64,000 nt of DNA from Leptospira sp. (GTDB lineage Bacteria; Spirochaetota; Leptospiria; Leptospirales; Leptospiraceae), in the NCBI GenBank assembly GCA_027531445.1, contig JAPZRK010000007.1, forward strand, positions 24,320 to 88,319, given 5' to 3'. Position numbers and translations under genes: made by a program. The notes under the pieces were generated by a model. That model made no database searches and was not told where the DNA came from. It saw only the letters and a list, made by a program, of their open reading frames with translations. Below are positions 18,907-31,603 of the stretch, one piece after another; the stretch's first letter is position 1, and every line of letters starts with the position of its first letter.

Positions 18907-21420
18907 TTACTCCGTATCTTTTACAATTGCAAAATCTTTAACGAAGTCTTCATCTTTCGTATCAACTATCTTCACTCCCATAGCTGACCTTCCTACCAAT
19001 GAAATTTCTTTAGCCGATACGCGAATCGACATGCCAGATTGTGTAATCACTAAAAGTTCATCATCTTCTTTGAGAGAACAGAGACCTACGGCTTTTCCAT
19101 TCTTTTCCCCTACTTTCAGGTAAGTCATACCTTTACCTGCACGACCTTTGGTAGAAAACTCGTCGAAATCGGTTCTCTTTCCAATGCCATTTTCAGAAAT
19201 ACAGAATAATTTTGAATCTGGCTCTACTTTCGTAAGCCCAACGATTTCATCCGTTTCGGAAAGGCGCATAGCCGTCACGCCTGAGGCAGTGCGTCCTTGA
19301 GATCGCAATTCATTCAAATTCATACGAATTGCCAAACCCTCTTTACTTCCAATAAATACATCGAAGCTTTCAGGATTTGAAAGAACGTCGATCAATTCAT
19401 CTCCATCACGAAGACCGATAGCGATAATGCCAGATTTTTTTGTGCTAGAGAATTCATCTAATTGAATCTTCTTAACAAAACCATCTTTTGTTACCATGAG
19501 TAGATAAGATTCATCAAACTGCCTAAATGCAAATAGAGAAGTAATTACTTCATCTTCAGTTAGGTTAATGATTGCCTTTAATGATTTGCCTCGAGCCTCT
19601 TTAGTTGCAATAGGCAATTCATACACTTTCAACAAAAATGCTCTACCTTTATTTGAAAAAAGCATCAGGTGATCGTGAGTCATTGCGACACTTAATTTTT
19701 TAATAAAGTCTTCACGTTTCGTTGAAATACCTTGGATTCCTTTTCCACCGCGTTTTTGACGCCTAAATGTGTCCATAGGTAATCTTTTGATAAACATATC
19801 TTCAGAAATTTGAACTACTACTTCCTCATCTGCTATCAAATCTTCTGCGTTAAATGAAGATGATTCTACAGATTCTAAGCTAATTTCGGTAATACGATTT
19901 GATCCATATGATTCAGCTACTTTTGTTAATTCATCACAAATGATTTGTTTTACACGCTCTGGCTTTGCGAGGATGTCTTCAAGATCCATAATATGAAGCC
20001 TTATCTGTTCTAATTCTTCTATTATTTTTTGAACTTCTAAGGAAGTTAAACGTTGGAGTCTCATTTCCAAGATAGCGTCTGCCTGCATCTCTGACAAAGC
20101 AAATGTGCTTATCAATTTTGCTTGAGCTTCCCTCGGATCCTTCGAAGAACGGATGATTCGAATTACTTCGTCAATGTTATCTAGAGCGATTTTTAATCCC
20201 TCTAAGATGTGAGCTCTTTTTTTGGCTTTATCTAAATCAAACTCTGTACGTTTGATAACGACTTCATTTCTATGTGCGGCATACGCGCTTAAAATTTCTT
20301 TTAATGGAAATATCTTAGGACGATTGTCCAAGATTGCGAGCATCGTAATCCCATAACTCACTTGCAATTGAGTTAATTTGTAGAGTTGATTTAGAATTAC
20401 TTGGGCATTAAAATCCTTTTTGATATGAAGTTCAACGCGGATCCCTTTCCTATCTGATAAATCTAGAATCTCTGTTATTCCTTCGATCACCCTTTCATTG
20501 ACAAGGTCTCCGATCTTCTCTAATAAATTCCGTTTGTTTACTTGATACGGTATTTCATGAATAACGATGATTTCGCGACCCTTGGCGTTATCAATAATTT
20601 CAACTTTAGATCGAATACGAATCGATCCTTTTCCTGTTGAATACGCCTGGTAAAGACCCTCTCCTCCGATAATCGTTCCACCGGTAGGAAAATCTGGCCC
20701 TGGCAGGATCTTCATCAATTCATAAAGTGAAATATCCGGATTTTGAATTACTGCTACGACCGCACTTATTGACTCACGCAGGTTATGTGGAGGTATGTTT
20801 GTTGCCATACCCACAGCAATACCAGTAGAACCGTTTACTAAAATATTTGGAAAATTCGCTGGTAGAACATCCGGTTGTTGGCGAGTATCATCGAAGTTTG
20901 GAGAAAAAGAGACTGTATTCTTTTCTATATCTTTCAATAACTCTTCAGCTAATTTCGTTAGCCGCGCTTCTGTATATCGATAAGCGGCCGCAAAATCACC
21001 ATCCACCGATCCAAAGTTACCTTGACCATCGATGAGCGGCTCTCTCAATGAGAATGTCTGAACCATACGAACCATTGTATCGTACACCGCAGAATCACCA
21101 TGTGGGTGATAGTTACCGATCACTTCCCCAACAATTTTCGCTGATTTAACATATGGTCGATCACTTCGCCATGCTCGTTCATTCATAGCATGGAGTATTC
21201 TTCGGTGAACAGGTTTTAATCCATCTCTAACATCTGGTAATGCTCTACCAACGATTACGCTCATCGCATAATCGAGATAGGCCTCCTTCATCTGGTCTTC
21301 TATCTCCACAGGTATTACGCGAACACCTGCTTTCAAAGCGCCTGCAATATCGGGTCTTCCTGCTAAATTAAGAGCGAGTGTTTTAGTCGATTCGTTTTCT
21401 TGGCCGTTAGTTTCGGTCAT
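18907..21420 (-). CDS. gyrA: DNA gyrase subunit A
   Basis: RALPDVRDGLKPVHRR, HPHGDSAVY, AAYRYTE, GyrA-box QKRGGKG, C-terminal pinwheel repeats. Confidence 0.98.
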   Translation of the reverse strand: MTETNGQENESTKTLALNLAGRPDIAGALKAGVRVIPVEIEDQMKEAYLDYAMSVIVGRALPDVRDGLKPVHRRILHAMNERAWRSDRPYVKSAKIVGEVIGNYHPHGDSAVYDTMVRMVQTFSLREPLIDGQGNFGSVDGDFAAAYRYTEARLTKLAEELLKDIEKNTVSFSPNFDDTRQQPDVLPANFPNILVNGSTGIAVGMATNIPPHNLRESISAVVAVIQNPDISLYELMKILPGPDFPTGGTIIGGEGLYQAYSTGKGSIRIRSKVEIIDNAKGREIIVIHEIPYQVNKRNLLEKIGDLVNERVIEGITEILDLSDRKGIRVELHIKKDFNAQVILNQLYKLTQLQVSYGITMLAILDNRPKIFPLKEILSAYAAHRNEVVIKRTEFDLDKAKKRAHILEGLKIALDNIDEVIRIIRSSKDPREAQAKLISTFALSEMQADAILEMRLQRLTSLEVQKIIEELEQIRLHIMDLEDILAKPERVKQIICDELTKVAESYGSNRITEISLESVESSSFNAEDLIADEEVVVQISEDMFIKRLPMDTFRRQKRGGKGIQGISTKREDFIKKLSVAMTHDHLMLFSNKGRAFLLKVYELPIATKEARGKSLKAIINLTEDEVITSLFAFRQFDESYLLMVTKDGFVKKIQLDEFSSTKKSGIIAIGLRDGDELIDVLSNPESFDVFIGSKEGLAIRMNLNELRSQGRTASGVTAMRLSETDEIVGLTKVEPDSKLFCISENGIGKRTDFDEFSTKGRAGKGMTYLKVGEKNGKAVGLCSLKEDDELLVITQSGMSIRVSAKEISLVGRSAMGVKIVDTKDEDFVKDFAIVKDTE

Positions 21421-21438
21421 TTAATTTTTCCGTATCTT

Positions 21439-23367
<1,929 letters not shown>

Positions 23368-23437
23368 TTATATCCTAATGGAAGTATCCTCAGAATGGCC
23401 CCCTAGAGCAAGTGAAATCGAAATAGAATGTTGATTC

Positions 23438-23758
23438 TTATTTTTTGAAATTAGGAGAATTGCCAGCTTTAAACGCAATTTTTGAAACTTCAATAGGAAG
23501 CTGTTTTGACAGAATTTTCTTTAAAATCTCATTTCGCATAAATTCTAATTCTTGGGAAATCATCGAATGTTTACAAATAATGGTGAGCTTTCCTTCCTTA
23601 AGTAGAACTGGTTTTGAGCCATCCGCTAGCACATCGCCAACCATTTCTTTCCATTCGCGTTGCAAAATTTTCAATGTTTGATCTATAAAGATTTCTTCTC
23701 TGTTGATTCCTAATTTTTCTAGGCTATGAAACAAATCTGAAATTTCAATTTTTTTCAT
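23438..23758 (-). CDS. dciA: DUF721/DciA family replicative helicase loader
   Basis: W..MVG..LA..SKP and QELEF pattern; position between recF and gyrB. Confidence 0.8.
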   Translation of the reverse strand: MKKIEISDLFHSLEKLGINREEIFIDQTLKILQREWKEMVGDVLADGSKPVLLKEGKLTIICKHSMISQELEFMRNEILKKILSKQLPIEVSKIAFKAGNSPNFKK

Positions 23759-24858
23759 ATCATGTCAGACTTTGTTACGATTCCATTTTTGATGTCAAAA
23801 ATTTCCCTTTCAATGTTCAAACTTCCGACATAATCTTTGATACCTTCGAGATCTGTTGTGGTAAAGAATGCTTGCCCACACTCAGAAATTAAATTAACAA
23901 AATATTCTCTTCGTTTTACATCTAACTCTCTGATTATATCATCAATTAATAAAACTGGCGCTTCCCCTGTTTCTTCCTTAATCATTTGAAAACAAGCAGT
24001 TTTTAAAGCTATCACTGCACTACGCTTTTGACCTTGTGATCCAAAATGACTCAAATCATGATTTTCAAAACCTATGGGTAGATCATCTCGATGATTACCG
24101 CAACTCGTATAACCAATTGATATGTCTTTTCGTAAGTTCTTTTTTAGACGTAACAAATGTTCTTCTTTATCTTTTACATTAGGTATGTATGTTAAATTGA
24201 AATCATCCTTTCCTTGACTTAATAAAATCAAATTTCTATTAAAATAAGTTGAAAGTCGTTCAACAGTAGACTGACGTTGCGCTCGTATTTCCTCTTCTCT
24301 TTTTATCAACGGCTCATTCCAAATCTCAATTTCTGAATCACTGGCATTGTCTTTCTTTAAGGCACTATTTCTTTGTTTTAAAAGATGATTGTATTCGATT
24401 AATTGATTCAAATAATGAGAATTAGTTGATGAAATAAAAGAATCTAAAAATTTTCGCCTTTCTATATTTCCAGATTCAATAATTTTGATGTCTGGAGGAC
24501 TCATGATTACAGAACGAAAGAAACCAACGGAATCTGCTATCCGCTTGATCAATTCACCATTGATTTTTATTTTTTTTCTTTTAATTGAATCTTTTTGAAT
24601 CCCATATTCAAAAGTATACTCTTCACCTTGCGCTTCAAATTCTGCCTTTAAAAATGTAAAAGGTGATTCCCACTTCAATAATTGGTTTTCATCTGATTCA
24701 CGAAAACTTTTTAAATAGGAAAGTAGAGAGATTGATTCGAGTAAGTTAGTTTTTCCTTCTCCATTGTTTCCAATAAAGAAGATTAGACGAGCGTTGAATT
24801 CTAAAGCTGTGTTCGCATGATTTCTAAAATTTGTGAGCGAAATTCGCCTTAAATACAT
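23755..24858 (-). CDS. recF: DNA replication/repair protein RecF
   Basis: GNNGEGKTN Walker A, GSQGQKRS, LLIDD..ELD. Confidence 0.96.
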   Translation of the reverse strand: MYLRRISLTNFRNHANTALEFNARLIFFIGNNGEGKTNLLESISLLSYLKSFRESDENQLLKWESPFTFLKAEFEAQGEEYTFEYGIQKDSIKRKKIKINGELIKRIADSVGFFRSVIMSPPDIKIIESGNIERRKFLDSFISSTNSHYLNQLIEYNHLLKQRNSALKKDNASDSEIEIWNEPLIKREEEIRAQRQSTVERLSTYFNRNLILLSQGKDDFNLTYIPNVKDKEEHLLRLKKNLRKDISIGYTSCGNHRDDLPIGFENHDLSHFGSQGQKRSAVIALKTACFQMIKEETGEAPVLLIDDIIRELDVKRREYFVNLISECGQAFFTTTDLEGIKDYVGSLNIEREIFDIKNGIVTKSDMI

Positions 24859-25976
24859 TACAGTTTCATTGGCATGATTACAGAAACAAAATCACTATCT
24901 GATGGATCCTTAAACAAAACAGGAGCACTTGAAGATGAGAACTCTAGTATAACTTCTGGATCATCAATAACTTTTACAACATCACTTAAATAATCACCCT
25001 TGAAAGCTATCGCTATCGGCTCACCAGAATAATCTATATTCATATTGTGATCAAACATCATTGTACCTGGATTAGATGAACTGATATTTACACTTCCGGG
25101 TGTAAAATTAAGTCTGATTTGTTTTGAAGGCTCTTCTGCGGAAATGAGTGCTTGCTTCAAAAATGTCAGAAAATCTGCTTTCTGAAGTCTTACGGATTGT
25201 GTTGCTTGTTTGGGTATAACTTGTTCGTAGTCTGGAAAGTTTCCATCAATAAGTTTAAACAACAATTCAATATTACCAGAAGATACATAAATTTGTTCCT
25301 CAACAAATCCAATCTTTGCAGTTTCCTTGCCTTCCATCATTTTAAGCATTTCGCGTACTGCTTTGTGAGGAATAATCACACCATTCTTAAATGGAAACTG
25401 TTTTGGAAATTTACGTACTATTTTTGAAAGTCGTCGACCATCCGTACCTACAACAATCAAATCTGTATCATTAGGTTTTAAGAATAAACCATTAAAAACA
25501 AATCTAGTTTCTTCCATAGCCATCGCGTATGATGTTTTACGGAACATTTCTCTTATCGTCTGACATGGGAATTCTACAATACTTGCTTCGTCTACAACTG
25601 GTATCGTTTTGATATCTTCAGAATCAATACCATTTACTTTAAACTTAGTATCCATCTTTCCACTGGCATCCGTAATAAGCGTCTCAGATGAGTCATTACT
25701 ATCACTCGTAGTTAATGCTGTTGTATCAAAGTTTAAATTTTTAAAAATACTTGATAATTGTTTTGCCGGTAAGCTTGCGGAACCTTTCGATCCGACTATT
25801 GCGTTAACAGAAGTTTTAATCGCAATTTCCAAATCTGTTGCAGAAAGGTATACTGAATTGTCCGTAGCTTGAATTTTTAAATTTGAGAGTGCTGACTTTA
25901 TTTCTCTAACGGATATTACTCCATCCACTGAATTGATAGCTTTTAAGAATTCTGTAGTATTGACAGTGAATTTCAT
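24858..25976 (-). CDS. dnaN: DNA polymerase III beta clamp
   Basis: ATDLE, GTDGRRL, GNFPDYEQVIP, C-terminal VIMPMKL. Confidence 0.97.
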   Translation of the reverse strand: MKFTVNTTEFLKAINSVDGVISVREIKSALSNLKIQATDNSVYLSATDLEIAIKTSVNAIVGSKGSASLPAKQLSSIFKNLNFDTTALTTSDSNDSSETLITDASGKMDTKFKVNGIDSEDIKTIPVVDEASIVEFPCQTIREMFRKTSYAMAMEETRFVFNGLFLKPNDTDLIVVGTDGRRLSKIVRKFPKQFPFKNGVIIPHKAVREMLKMMEGKETAKIGFVEEQIYVSSGNIELLFKLIDGNFPDYEQVIPKQATQSVRLQKADFLTFLKQALISAEEPSKQIRLNFTPGSVNISSSNPGTMMFDHNMNIDYSGEPIAIAFKGDYLSDVVKVIDDPEVILEFSSSSAPVLFKDPSDSDFVSVIMPMKL

Positions 25977-26220
25977 TTTCTTCCTCTTTATGTATTTATA
26001 TATTTATAATTATATATTATGTCGTCTTCGTTGTTTCTGTCAGTATGTCGATAAACCCACTTTCTTTCAATTTTTATTGAATTATGTCTTATTTTTTCAG
26101 TCAGAATTATGTTCATTTTTATGTCGCTTATGATCGTTCTAGTCAATAATGGAACCATAATTTGATGCTTATGTCTTATAAACACTTTGTGAACAGTTTA
26201 CTTTCAGGGTTACTGACTAT
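25977..26220. other. Probable oriC (dnaA-dnaN intergenic region)
   Basis: AT-only tract about 25993-26020; four exact TTATGTC (26017, 26082, 26119, 26169) plus four variants; imperfect DnaA boxes TTATAAACA 26176-26184 and TGTGAACAG 26188-26196. Confidence 0.65.
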
Positions 26221-27567
26221 TTATTGGAAGGATATTTGATGTTTGAGGGATTGGTAGATATCCTCAACGTTTCTGTCAGTGGCGATTTTTTCTTGGATTT
26301 TATTGATCCCATGAATTACCGTAGTATGTTGCGCCGAGAAAATTCTTCCAATTTGGGCTTTCGGAAGACCTAACACTTCATTCAAAATTAACATACACAA
26401 ATGGCGAGGTGTAATGTAGTCAGCTTTTCTGCTTTTTCCTAGAAGATCTTTTCGTGCAATGTTCATTTTTTGACATAAAAGATCGATGACCTGATCTGCG
26501 TTAAAGCCAATACGTTTCCTATTGGTCTGAAGTCTGACGTTAGCAATTTCTTTAATTTTGTCTTCTGGTAGAACAAAATAGCTGTAGGCTTTTTTATACA
26601 AAATTAGGTCATTCATGATTCCCAAAAGAGCCCGTGAATCACCTTCAGAATGATTGGAAAGCCAATGTAAAATTTCTTCAGACATGGGTATGTCGTACAA
26701 TTTTGAATAATTTCGGAACATCTCAATTCGAAGAGCAATATCATGTTCTTTTATATCGGCCTGCAAACCGTGAACAAATCTAGACTTCAGTCTGTCGTGT
26801 AAGGGCAATTCATAGCTTGGTCTATCTGAGGCGATTACGATCTGCCGTTTTCTTTCATACAAAAAATTAAATAGGGCAAAAAACTCTTCCTGAGTTTTTT
26901 CTGCACCACCATTTAAAAACTGAATATCATCGAATAGAAGTACGTTATACGATTGATATCTCATTTTGAATGACTCTAAACTATCTCGATTATTTTGTCT
27001 GACCGTAAAGATGAACTCGTTTAAGAAAGAAATACTATTTACATAACGTATTGTTTTCCAAGGATCACGTTTGAGGATTTCGTTTCCAATAGCATGTAAC
27101 AGATGTGTTTTTCCAACGCCTACTGGCCCAAAAATATATAAAGGATTATATTTTGCGGGAGCTTCACTTATACTTTTAGCCGCAGTATAGGCAAGTCTAT
27201 TGCAATCAGAGACAACATAACTATCAAAATTGTATTCTGGGTTTAGGTCGGAATCAACGCCATCAAAACGACCTTCAATGATATCCTTCATTTGTGAAGA
27301 GGATTCTTCGTTGTCTGTGATTAAGACCAGTTTAAAAGCATCACCTTTTACCTGATAAGCGGCCGCTTCTATAAATGAAGAGTATTTTGCTTCAACGTGG
27401 CTCTTTATTGTGGTGGAAGGAGCAGTTACATACATGTCTCTGCCTTCAAATTTTCTAAATCTTAGGGGAGTAATAAAGTTTTTAAAGTAAAATGGCGGTA
27501 CGTGTCTAGATACTTCTTCTAGGATTTCTTCCCAACTAGATTCCAATTCTTTTTTTCCATTTACCAA
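26221..27567 (-). CDS. dnaA: Chromosomal replication initiator DnaA
   Basis: YNPLYIFGPVGVGKTHLL, LFDDIQFL, RLKSRF, HTTVIHG. Confidence 0.98.
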   Translation of the reverse strand: MVNGKKELESSWEEILEEVSRHVPPFYFKNFITPLRFRKFEGRDMYVTAPSTTIKSHVEAKYSSFIEAAAYQVKGDAFKLVLITDNEESSSQMKDIIEGRFDGVDSDLNPEYNFDSYVVSDCNRLAYTAAKSISEAPAKYNPLYIFGPVGVGKTHLLHAIGNEILKRDPWKTIRYVNSISFLNEFIFTVRQNNRDSLESFKMRYQSYNVLLFDDIQFLNGGAEKTQEEFFALFNFLYERKRQIVIASDRPSYELPLHDRLKSRFVHGLQADIKEHDIALRIEMFRNYSKLYDIPMSEEILHWLSNHSEGDSRALLGIMNDLILYKKAYSYFVLPEDKIKEIANVRLQTNRKRIGFNADQVIDLLCQKMNIARKDLLGKSRKADYITPRHLCMLILNEVLGLPKAQIGRIFSAQHTTVIHGINKIQEKIATDRNVEDIYQSLKHQISFQ

Positions 27568-27630
27568 GACGGGTACTATACTTCTATTCAGTAGGTAGAA
27601 TTCAAATGAAAAATCGAAGATACTCTCAGG

Positions 27631-27699
27631 TTATCAAAAATCTTTTTCTTTAAATAAGAAAATTATGTCTCCTTGGTTGTTCGTGGAAAATTACCCACT
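27631..27699. promoter_or_regulatory. Imperfect DnaA-box-like sites upstream of dnaA
   Basis: CGTGGAAAA 27682-27690 (rc TTTTCCACG, one mismatch to TTWTNCACA), TTACCCACT 27691-27699, TTATCAAAA 27631-27639, TTATGTC 27663-27669. Confidence 0.4.
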
Positions 27700-28639
27700 A
27701 ACGAGAAGAAACGCTAAGTTTTAAAAAAAGCTGAGATAGCAAGAAGTATTCTAGAGCGGGAATATTAAAATGCAATTTAGATTTAAAGTCTAAAATATGA
27801 TACACTTTACGTACGTTAGCTTCAAAATTTTCCTTTCTAAATTCATAGATCAACAATAGACAAATCATTTCTAAAAAATCAATGTTGGAAAATTTATCCT
27901 TCATAGGTTTTTTCTCAGACATTTGTTCTCGAATCCAGTTTTCTAATTTGAGAATTAGAATTGAATCATGGCAATTTTCTCTTACGACAGAATGCCATTC
28001 AGATATCACCTCCTCCGGTATTTCAAAAGGATTCATGGATCCACCATAATATTCTTTAAAATCTTTATCGATGGATCGATTCATTGTGCGAATCAGATTT
28101 TGCGGTAAGTAGTTAAACGGAACGCAAACAGAACGAGAAACGATCGTCTTTTTCAATTTGTTCAAATCATTTACAATTAAAATAAACTTTGTATGCTCCG
28201 GAGGTTCTTCCAGCGTTTTTAAAAGAGTTGTTTCCGCTTCGTTATTGATGCGTTGTGCCTCCGGAAACAAAATGATTCGTTTCGTTGAAACATGAGGTTT
28301 ATAAATAATTCTATTTCCAAGTAACCAGCGTATCGTGAACTCTTCGGGATCTTTATCTTTACCGATTGCAATATTTTTATTTCTAGGAAATTGAATGTAG
28401 TCGGGATGTTCCCCTCTCATAAATAGTCGACAGGATTCACAGTTTCCGCAGGAGCTACCGTTGTTACAAAGTAAATGTCTTGAAAATCTTTCAGCAGCAA
28501 ACCACTTACCAACGCCGTCTGGTCCATGAAAGATAAGCACTCCAGGAATGCGATCTTGGTGTTTCAAAAAAGATTTTAGATATGTCAGGGCAACATCTTG
28601 CCCAACTACCTCATCTATTTGAAAATAACCAGGTTCCAT
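27698..28639 (-). CDS. holB: DNA polymerase III delta-prime subunit
   Basis: FHGPDGVGK, CGNCESC zinc motif, [25 protein letters not shown]. Start moved to ATG 28639 to clear ilvE. Confidence 0.88.
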   Translation of the reverse strand: MEPGYFQIDEVVGQDVALTYLKSFLKHQDRIPGVLIFHGPDGVGKWFAAERFSRHLLCNNGSSCGNCESCRLFMRGEHPDYIQFPRNKNIAIGKDKDPEEFTIRWLLGNRIIYKPHVSTKRIILFPEAQRINNEAETTLLKTLEEPPEHTKFILIVNDLNKLKKTIVSRSVCVPFNYLPQNLIRTMNRSIDKDFKEYYGGSMNPFEIPEEVISEWHSVVRENCHDSILILKLENWIREQMSEKKPMKDKFSNIDFLEMICLLLIYEFRKENFEANVRKVYHILDFKSKLHFNIPALEYFLLSQLFLKLSVSSR

Positions 28640-28649
28640 TGAACGTGAA

Positions 28650-29567
28650 TTAGTAGATTGGAGTAAGCCAAGAGGAATAGTTACTTTCTTCTCCGCGAAC
28701 GATTTTGAAAAATAAAGTTTGTAGTTCTTTGGAAATTGATCCCATACTTCCTTCTCCAACTCTGCGACGATCAACTTCTTTTACCCAAGCAACTTGGACA
28801 CCTGTGCCTGAGAAAAATATTTCGTCTGCTATATAAAGTTCAGAGCGTGCGACGTCTCTCTCGATTACTTTATAATTCAGATCGCTAGCAATTTTTATAA
28901 GGGATCTTCTTGTGATGCCTTCCAATATTGATGAACCAATACTAGGTGTTATGATCTCGCCGTTTCGGACTAAAAAAATATTTTCAGCTGAACCTTCTGA
29001 GACAAACCCTCTTCCATCTAAAAAAATTGCTTCATCATATCCATTTTGTACAGCCTCAGATTTTGCAAGGGCGGAGTTGACATATCCTCCACTTGCTTTT
29101 GCAAGCGTCGGGATTTGATTGTCAGAAAATCTTTGCCAAGTGCTCACCATGGTTGTGAGTCCATTTTGCGTATCCAAGTAATCATCCAATTTTAAAACAT
29201 AGATTGCGATCTGAGTTTTTACGTCGTGAAATCTTGGAGATAGCTGTAATGCCGATGTATAAATGATCGGTCTGAGATAAATATTTTGTTTGTAGTTTGA
29301 TTGTTTGATGAGGTCAATCGTGATCGCGACAAGCTCATCTGGAGTCTTATCAAAATTCAACTGCATGATTTTTGCAGAATTGACCAAACGTTGGTAGTGG
29401 TCTCTTAACCGAAAAATATAGAGGTTACCTTTTGATTCATTATAATATCCTCTAATGCCTCCGAATACAGAAGTTCCATATTGAAAGGCATGTGTTTGAA
29501 TGCTTATGTTTGCTTCCGAGGAAGGAACGATCTTTCCTTCAAAATAAGATAGGTCTTTTGTATTCAT
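28650..29567 (-). CDS. ilvE: Branched-chain amino acid aminotransferase
   Basis: [22 protein letters not shown] lysine, [15 protein letters not shown]. Confidence 0.93.
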   Translation of the reverse strand: MNTKDLSYFEGKIVPSSEANISIQTHAFQYGTSVFGGIRGYYNESKGNLYIFRLRDHYQRLVNSAKIMQLNFDKTPDELVAITIDLIKQSNYKQNIYLRPIIYTSALQLSPRFHDVKTQIAIYVLKLDDYLDTQNGLTTMVSTWQRFSDNQIPTLAKASGGYVNSALAKSEAVQNGYDEAIFLDGRGFVSEGSAENIFLVRNGEIITPSIGSSILEGITRRSLIKIASDLNYKVIERDVARSELYIADEIFFSGTGVQVAWVKEVDRRRVGEGSMGSISKELQTLFFKIVRGEESNYSSWLTPIY

Positions 29568-29728
29568 TGTTATGGAGATTCCTAGACTTCCAGATTTTAG
29601 ATCTTACCTTTTTAGAAAATGAATTTTATCTTTTTTTATCTCGAACGAGAAGCCCTACAATTTGTTATCGTTCTAAGTGTAGAAACTTTGTTTCACAAAA
29701 TCTTATAAGGTTTGTTAGAAGACATAAT

Positions 29729-31603
29729 ATGAGTTCATCTTTTTATCCGGATCGTTTTGATTGTATCGTTGTCGGAGCAGGGCATGCAGGAACGGAAGCA
29801 GCATACATCGCTTCGCGGGGTGGATTGAAAACACTGCTCATCACAATGAACTTAGATACGATTGGGCAAATGAGTTGCAATCCTGCAATCGGTGGAATTG
29901 CGAAAGGGCATATGGTTCGCGAAGTAGATGCACTAGGCGGACTCATGGGACGAACAATTGATGCTACTGGAATCCAATTCAAAATGCTGAACACATCCAA
30001 AGGTCCTTCGGTTTGGGCACCTCGCGCTCAAGCAGAAAAGAAGCAGTACCAACTTGCAATCAAACACCAACTTGAGCAGATTCAAAATCTTTCCATAAGA
30101 CAAGATACTGTGGAAGATCTCATTGTGGAAAACAATCAGATCGTTGGATTGATCACAGGTAGAGGATTTGAATTCAAAACAAACTATGTCATCTTAACAA
30201 CGGGAACCTTTCTCTCCAGCGTGATACACATTGGAACATATCAAAAAGAATCTGGAAGGATTGGTGAACCAACAACCAAAGGTTTGTCCGCAACACTTGC
30301 TCGCTTTCAATTTCGCTTAGGAAGATTGAAGACGGGAACACCTGCTCGGGTGCACAAGAACTCGATCAACATTCCTATTTTAGAAGAACAACATGGAGAT
30401 GAAAACCCAAAGCCTTTTTCATTTTCAACAAAGAAGATCGATCGGAGACAGATTCCTTGCTACATCACTTATACGAATGAAGCGACTCATACTTTCATCA
30501 AAGAGAATTTAGAATTCTCACCGATGTATTCCGGACAAATCAAAAGCATTGGTCCACGTTATTGTCCTTCTATTGAAGATAAGGTTGTTCGATTTGCAGA
30601 GAGAGATCGCCATCAGATTTTTATCGAGCCTGAAGGTTATGATACAAATGAAATGTATTTGAATGGAGTGTCGACAAGTCTTCCGGAAGAAGTCCAATGG
30701 AAATTTCTGCGCACGATCCGCGGCTTAGAAGAAGTAGAACTCATGCGACCTGGCTATGCTATTGAATATGACTTTGTGGATCCAACAGAACTTTCGCCTA
30801 CTTTGGAAACGAAGAAGATCAAAGGCCTCTTTCATGCAGGTCAGATCAATGGAACTACCGGCTATGAAGAAGCTGCCGCCCAAGGTCTCGTTGCCGCTTA
30901 TAATGTAATTCGATCTTTCAAGAAAGAAGAACCCATTCTGTTTCCTAGAAGTGAATCTTATATCGGTGTGCTTGTTGATGATTTAGTTTTCAAAGGTGTG
31001 GAAGATCCATATCGCATGTTCACAAGTCGGGCAGAGTATCGACTTCTTTTAAGACAAGACAATGCAGACAAGCGACTTATGAAGTATGGTTACGAGATGG
31101 GTCTTGTATCGAAAGAATCTTTCGATGAAATGAATGATCGTTACGCTCGTATCGAAAATTTAAAAACGCAAATCTTTGCACAACATATGAAGCCCTCTGA
31201 TGAGTTGTCTACCCTACTCTCTGAACGAAAGATTTCAAATTATAAATTTGGCCACACGGTAGCTTCCTTTTTGAAACGTCCGGAAATCAAAATCAATGAT
31301 TTGGAAATGTTGTTACCAGATCTTTCACTCCTTACGGAAGAAGAGAAAGCAGTCGTAGAAATGGAAGTAAAGTATGAAGGTTATTTGAAACGAGAACTTG
31401 AGACGATCGACTACCGTAAAAAGTTTTTAACACTACCGATTCCAACGGACTTTGAATATGCAAAAGTCAATGGATTGAAAACAGAAGCAGTTTTAAAATT
31501 GGAAAAACATCGGCCACTTAATTTAGAAATGGCTTCTCACATTTCCGGAGTAGATCCCTCTGATGTTGATCTACTCCTCTATCACTTAGTTGAAAAAAAG
31601 TAA
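29729..31603 (+). CDS. mnmG: tRNA uridine 5-carboxymethylaminomethyl modification enzyme MnmG (GidA)
   Basis: [56 protein letters not shown]. Start moved to ATG 29729. Confidence 0.97.
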   Translation: MSSSFYPDRFDCIVVGAGHAGTEAAYIASRGGLKTLLITMNLDTIGQMSCNPAIGGIAKGHMVREVDALGGLMGRTIDATGIQFKMLNTSKGPSVWAPRAQAEKKQYQLAIKHQLEQIQNLSIRQDTVEDLIVENNQIVGLITGRGFEFKTNYVILTTGTFLSSVIHIGTYQKESGRIGEPTTKGLSATLARFQFRLGRLKTGTPARVHKNSINIPILEEQHGDENPKPFSFSTKKIDRRQIPCYITYTNEATHTFIKENLEFSPMYSGQIKSIGPRYCPSIEDKVVRFAERDRHQIFIEPEGYDTNEMYLNGVSTSLPEEVQWKFLRTIRGLEEVELMRPGYAIEYDFVDPTELSPTLETKKIKGLFHAGQINGTTGYEEAAAQGLVAAYNVIRSFKKEEPILFPRSESYIGVLVDDLVFKGVEDPYRMFTSRAEYRLLLRQDNADKRLMKYGYEMGLVSKESFDEMNDRYARIENLKTQIFAQHMKPSDELSTLLSERKISNYKFGHTVASFLKRPEIKINDLEMLLPDLSLLTEEEKAVVEMEVKYEGYLKRELETIDYRKKFLTLPIPTDFEYAKVNGLKTEAVLKLEKHRPLNLEMASHISGVDPSDVDLLLYHLVEKK

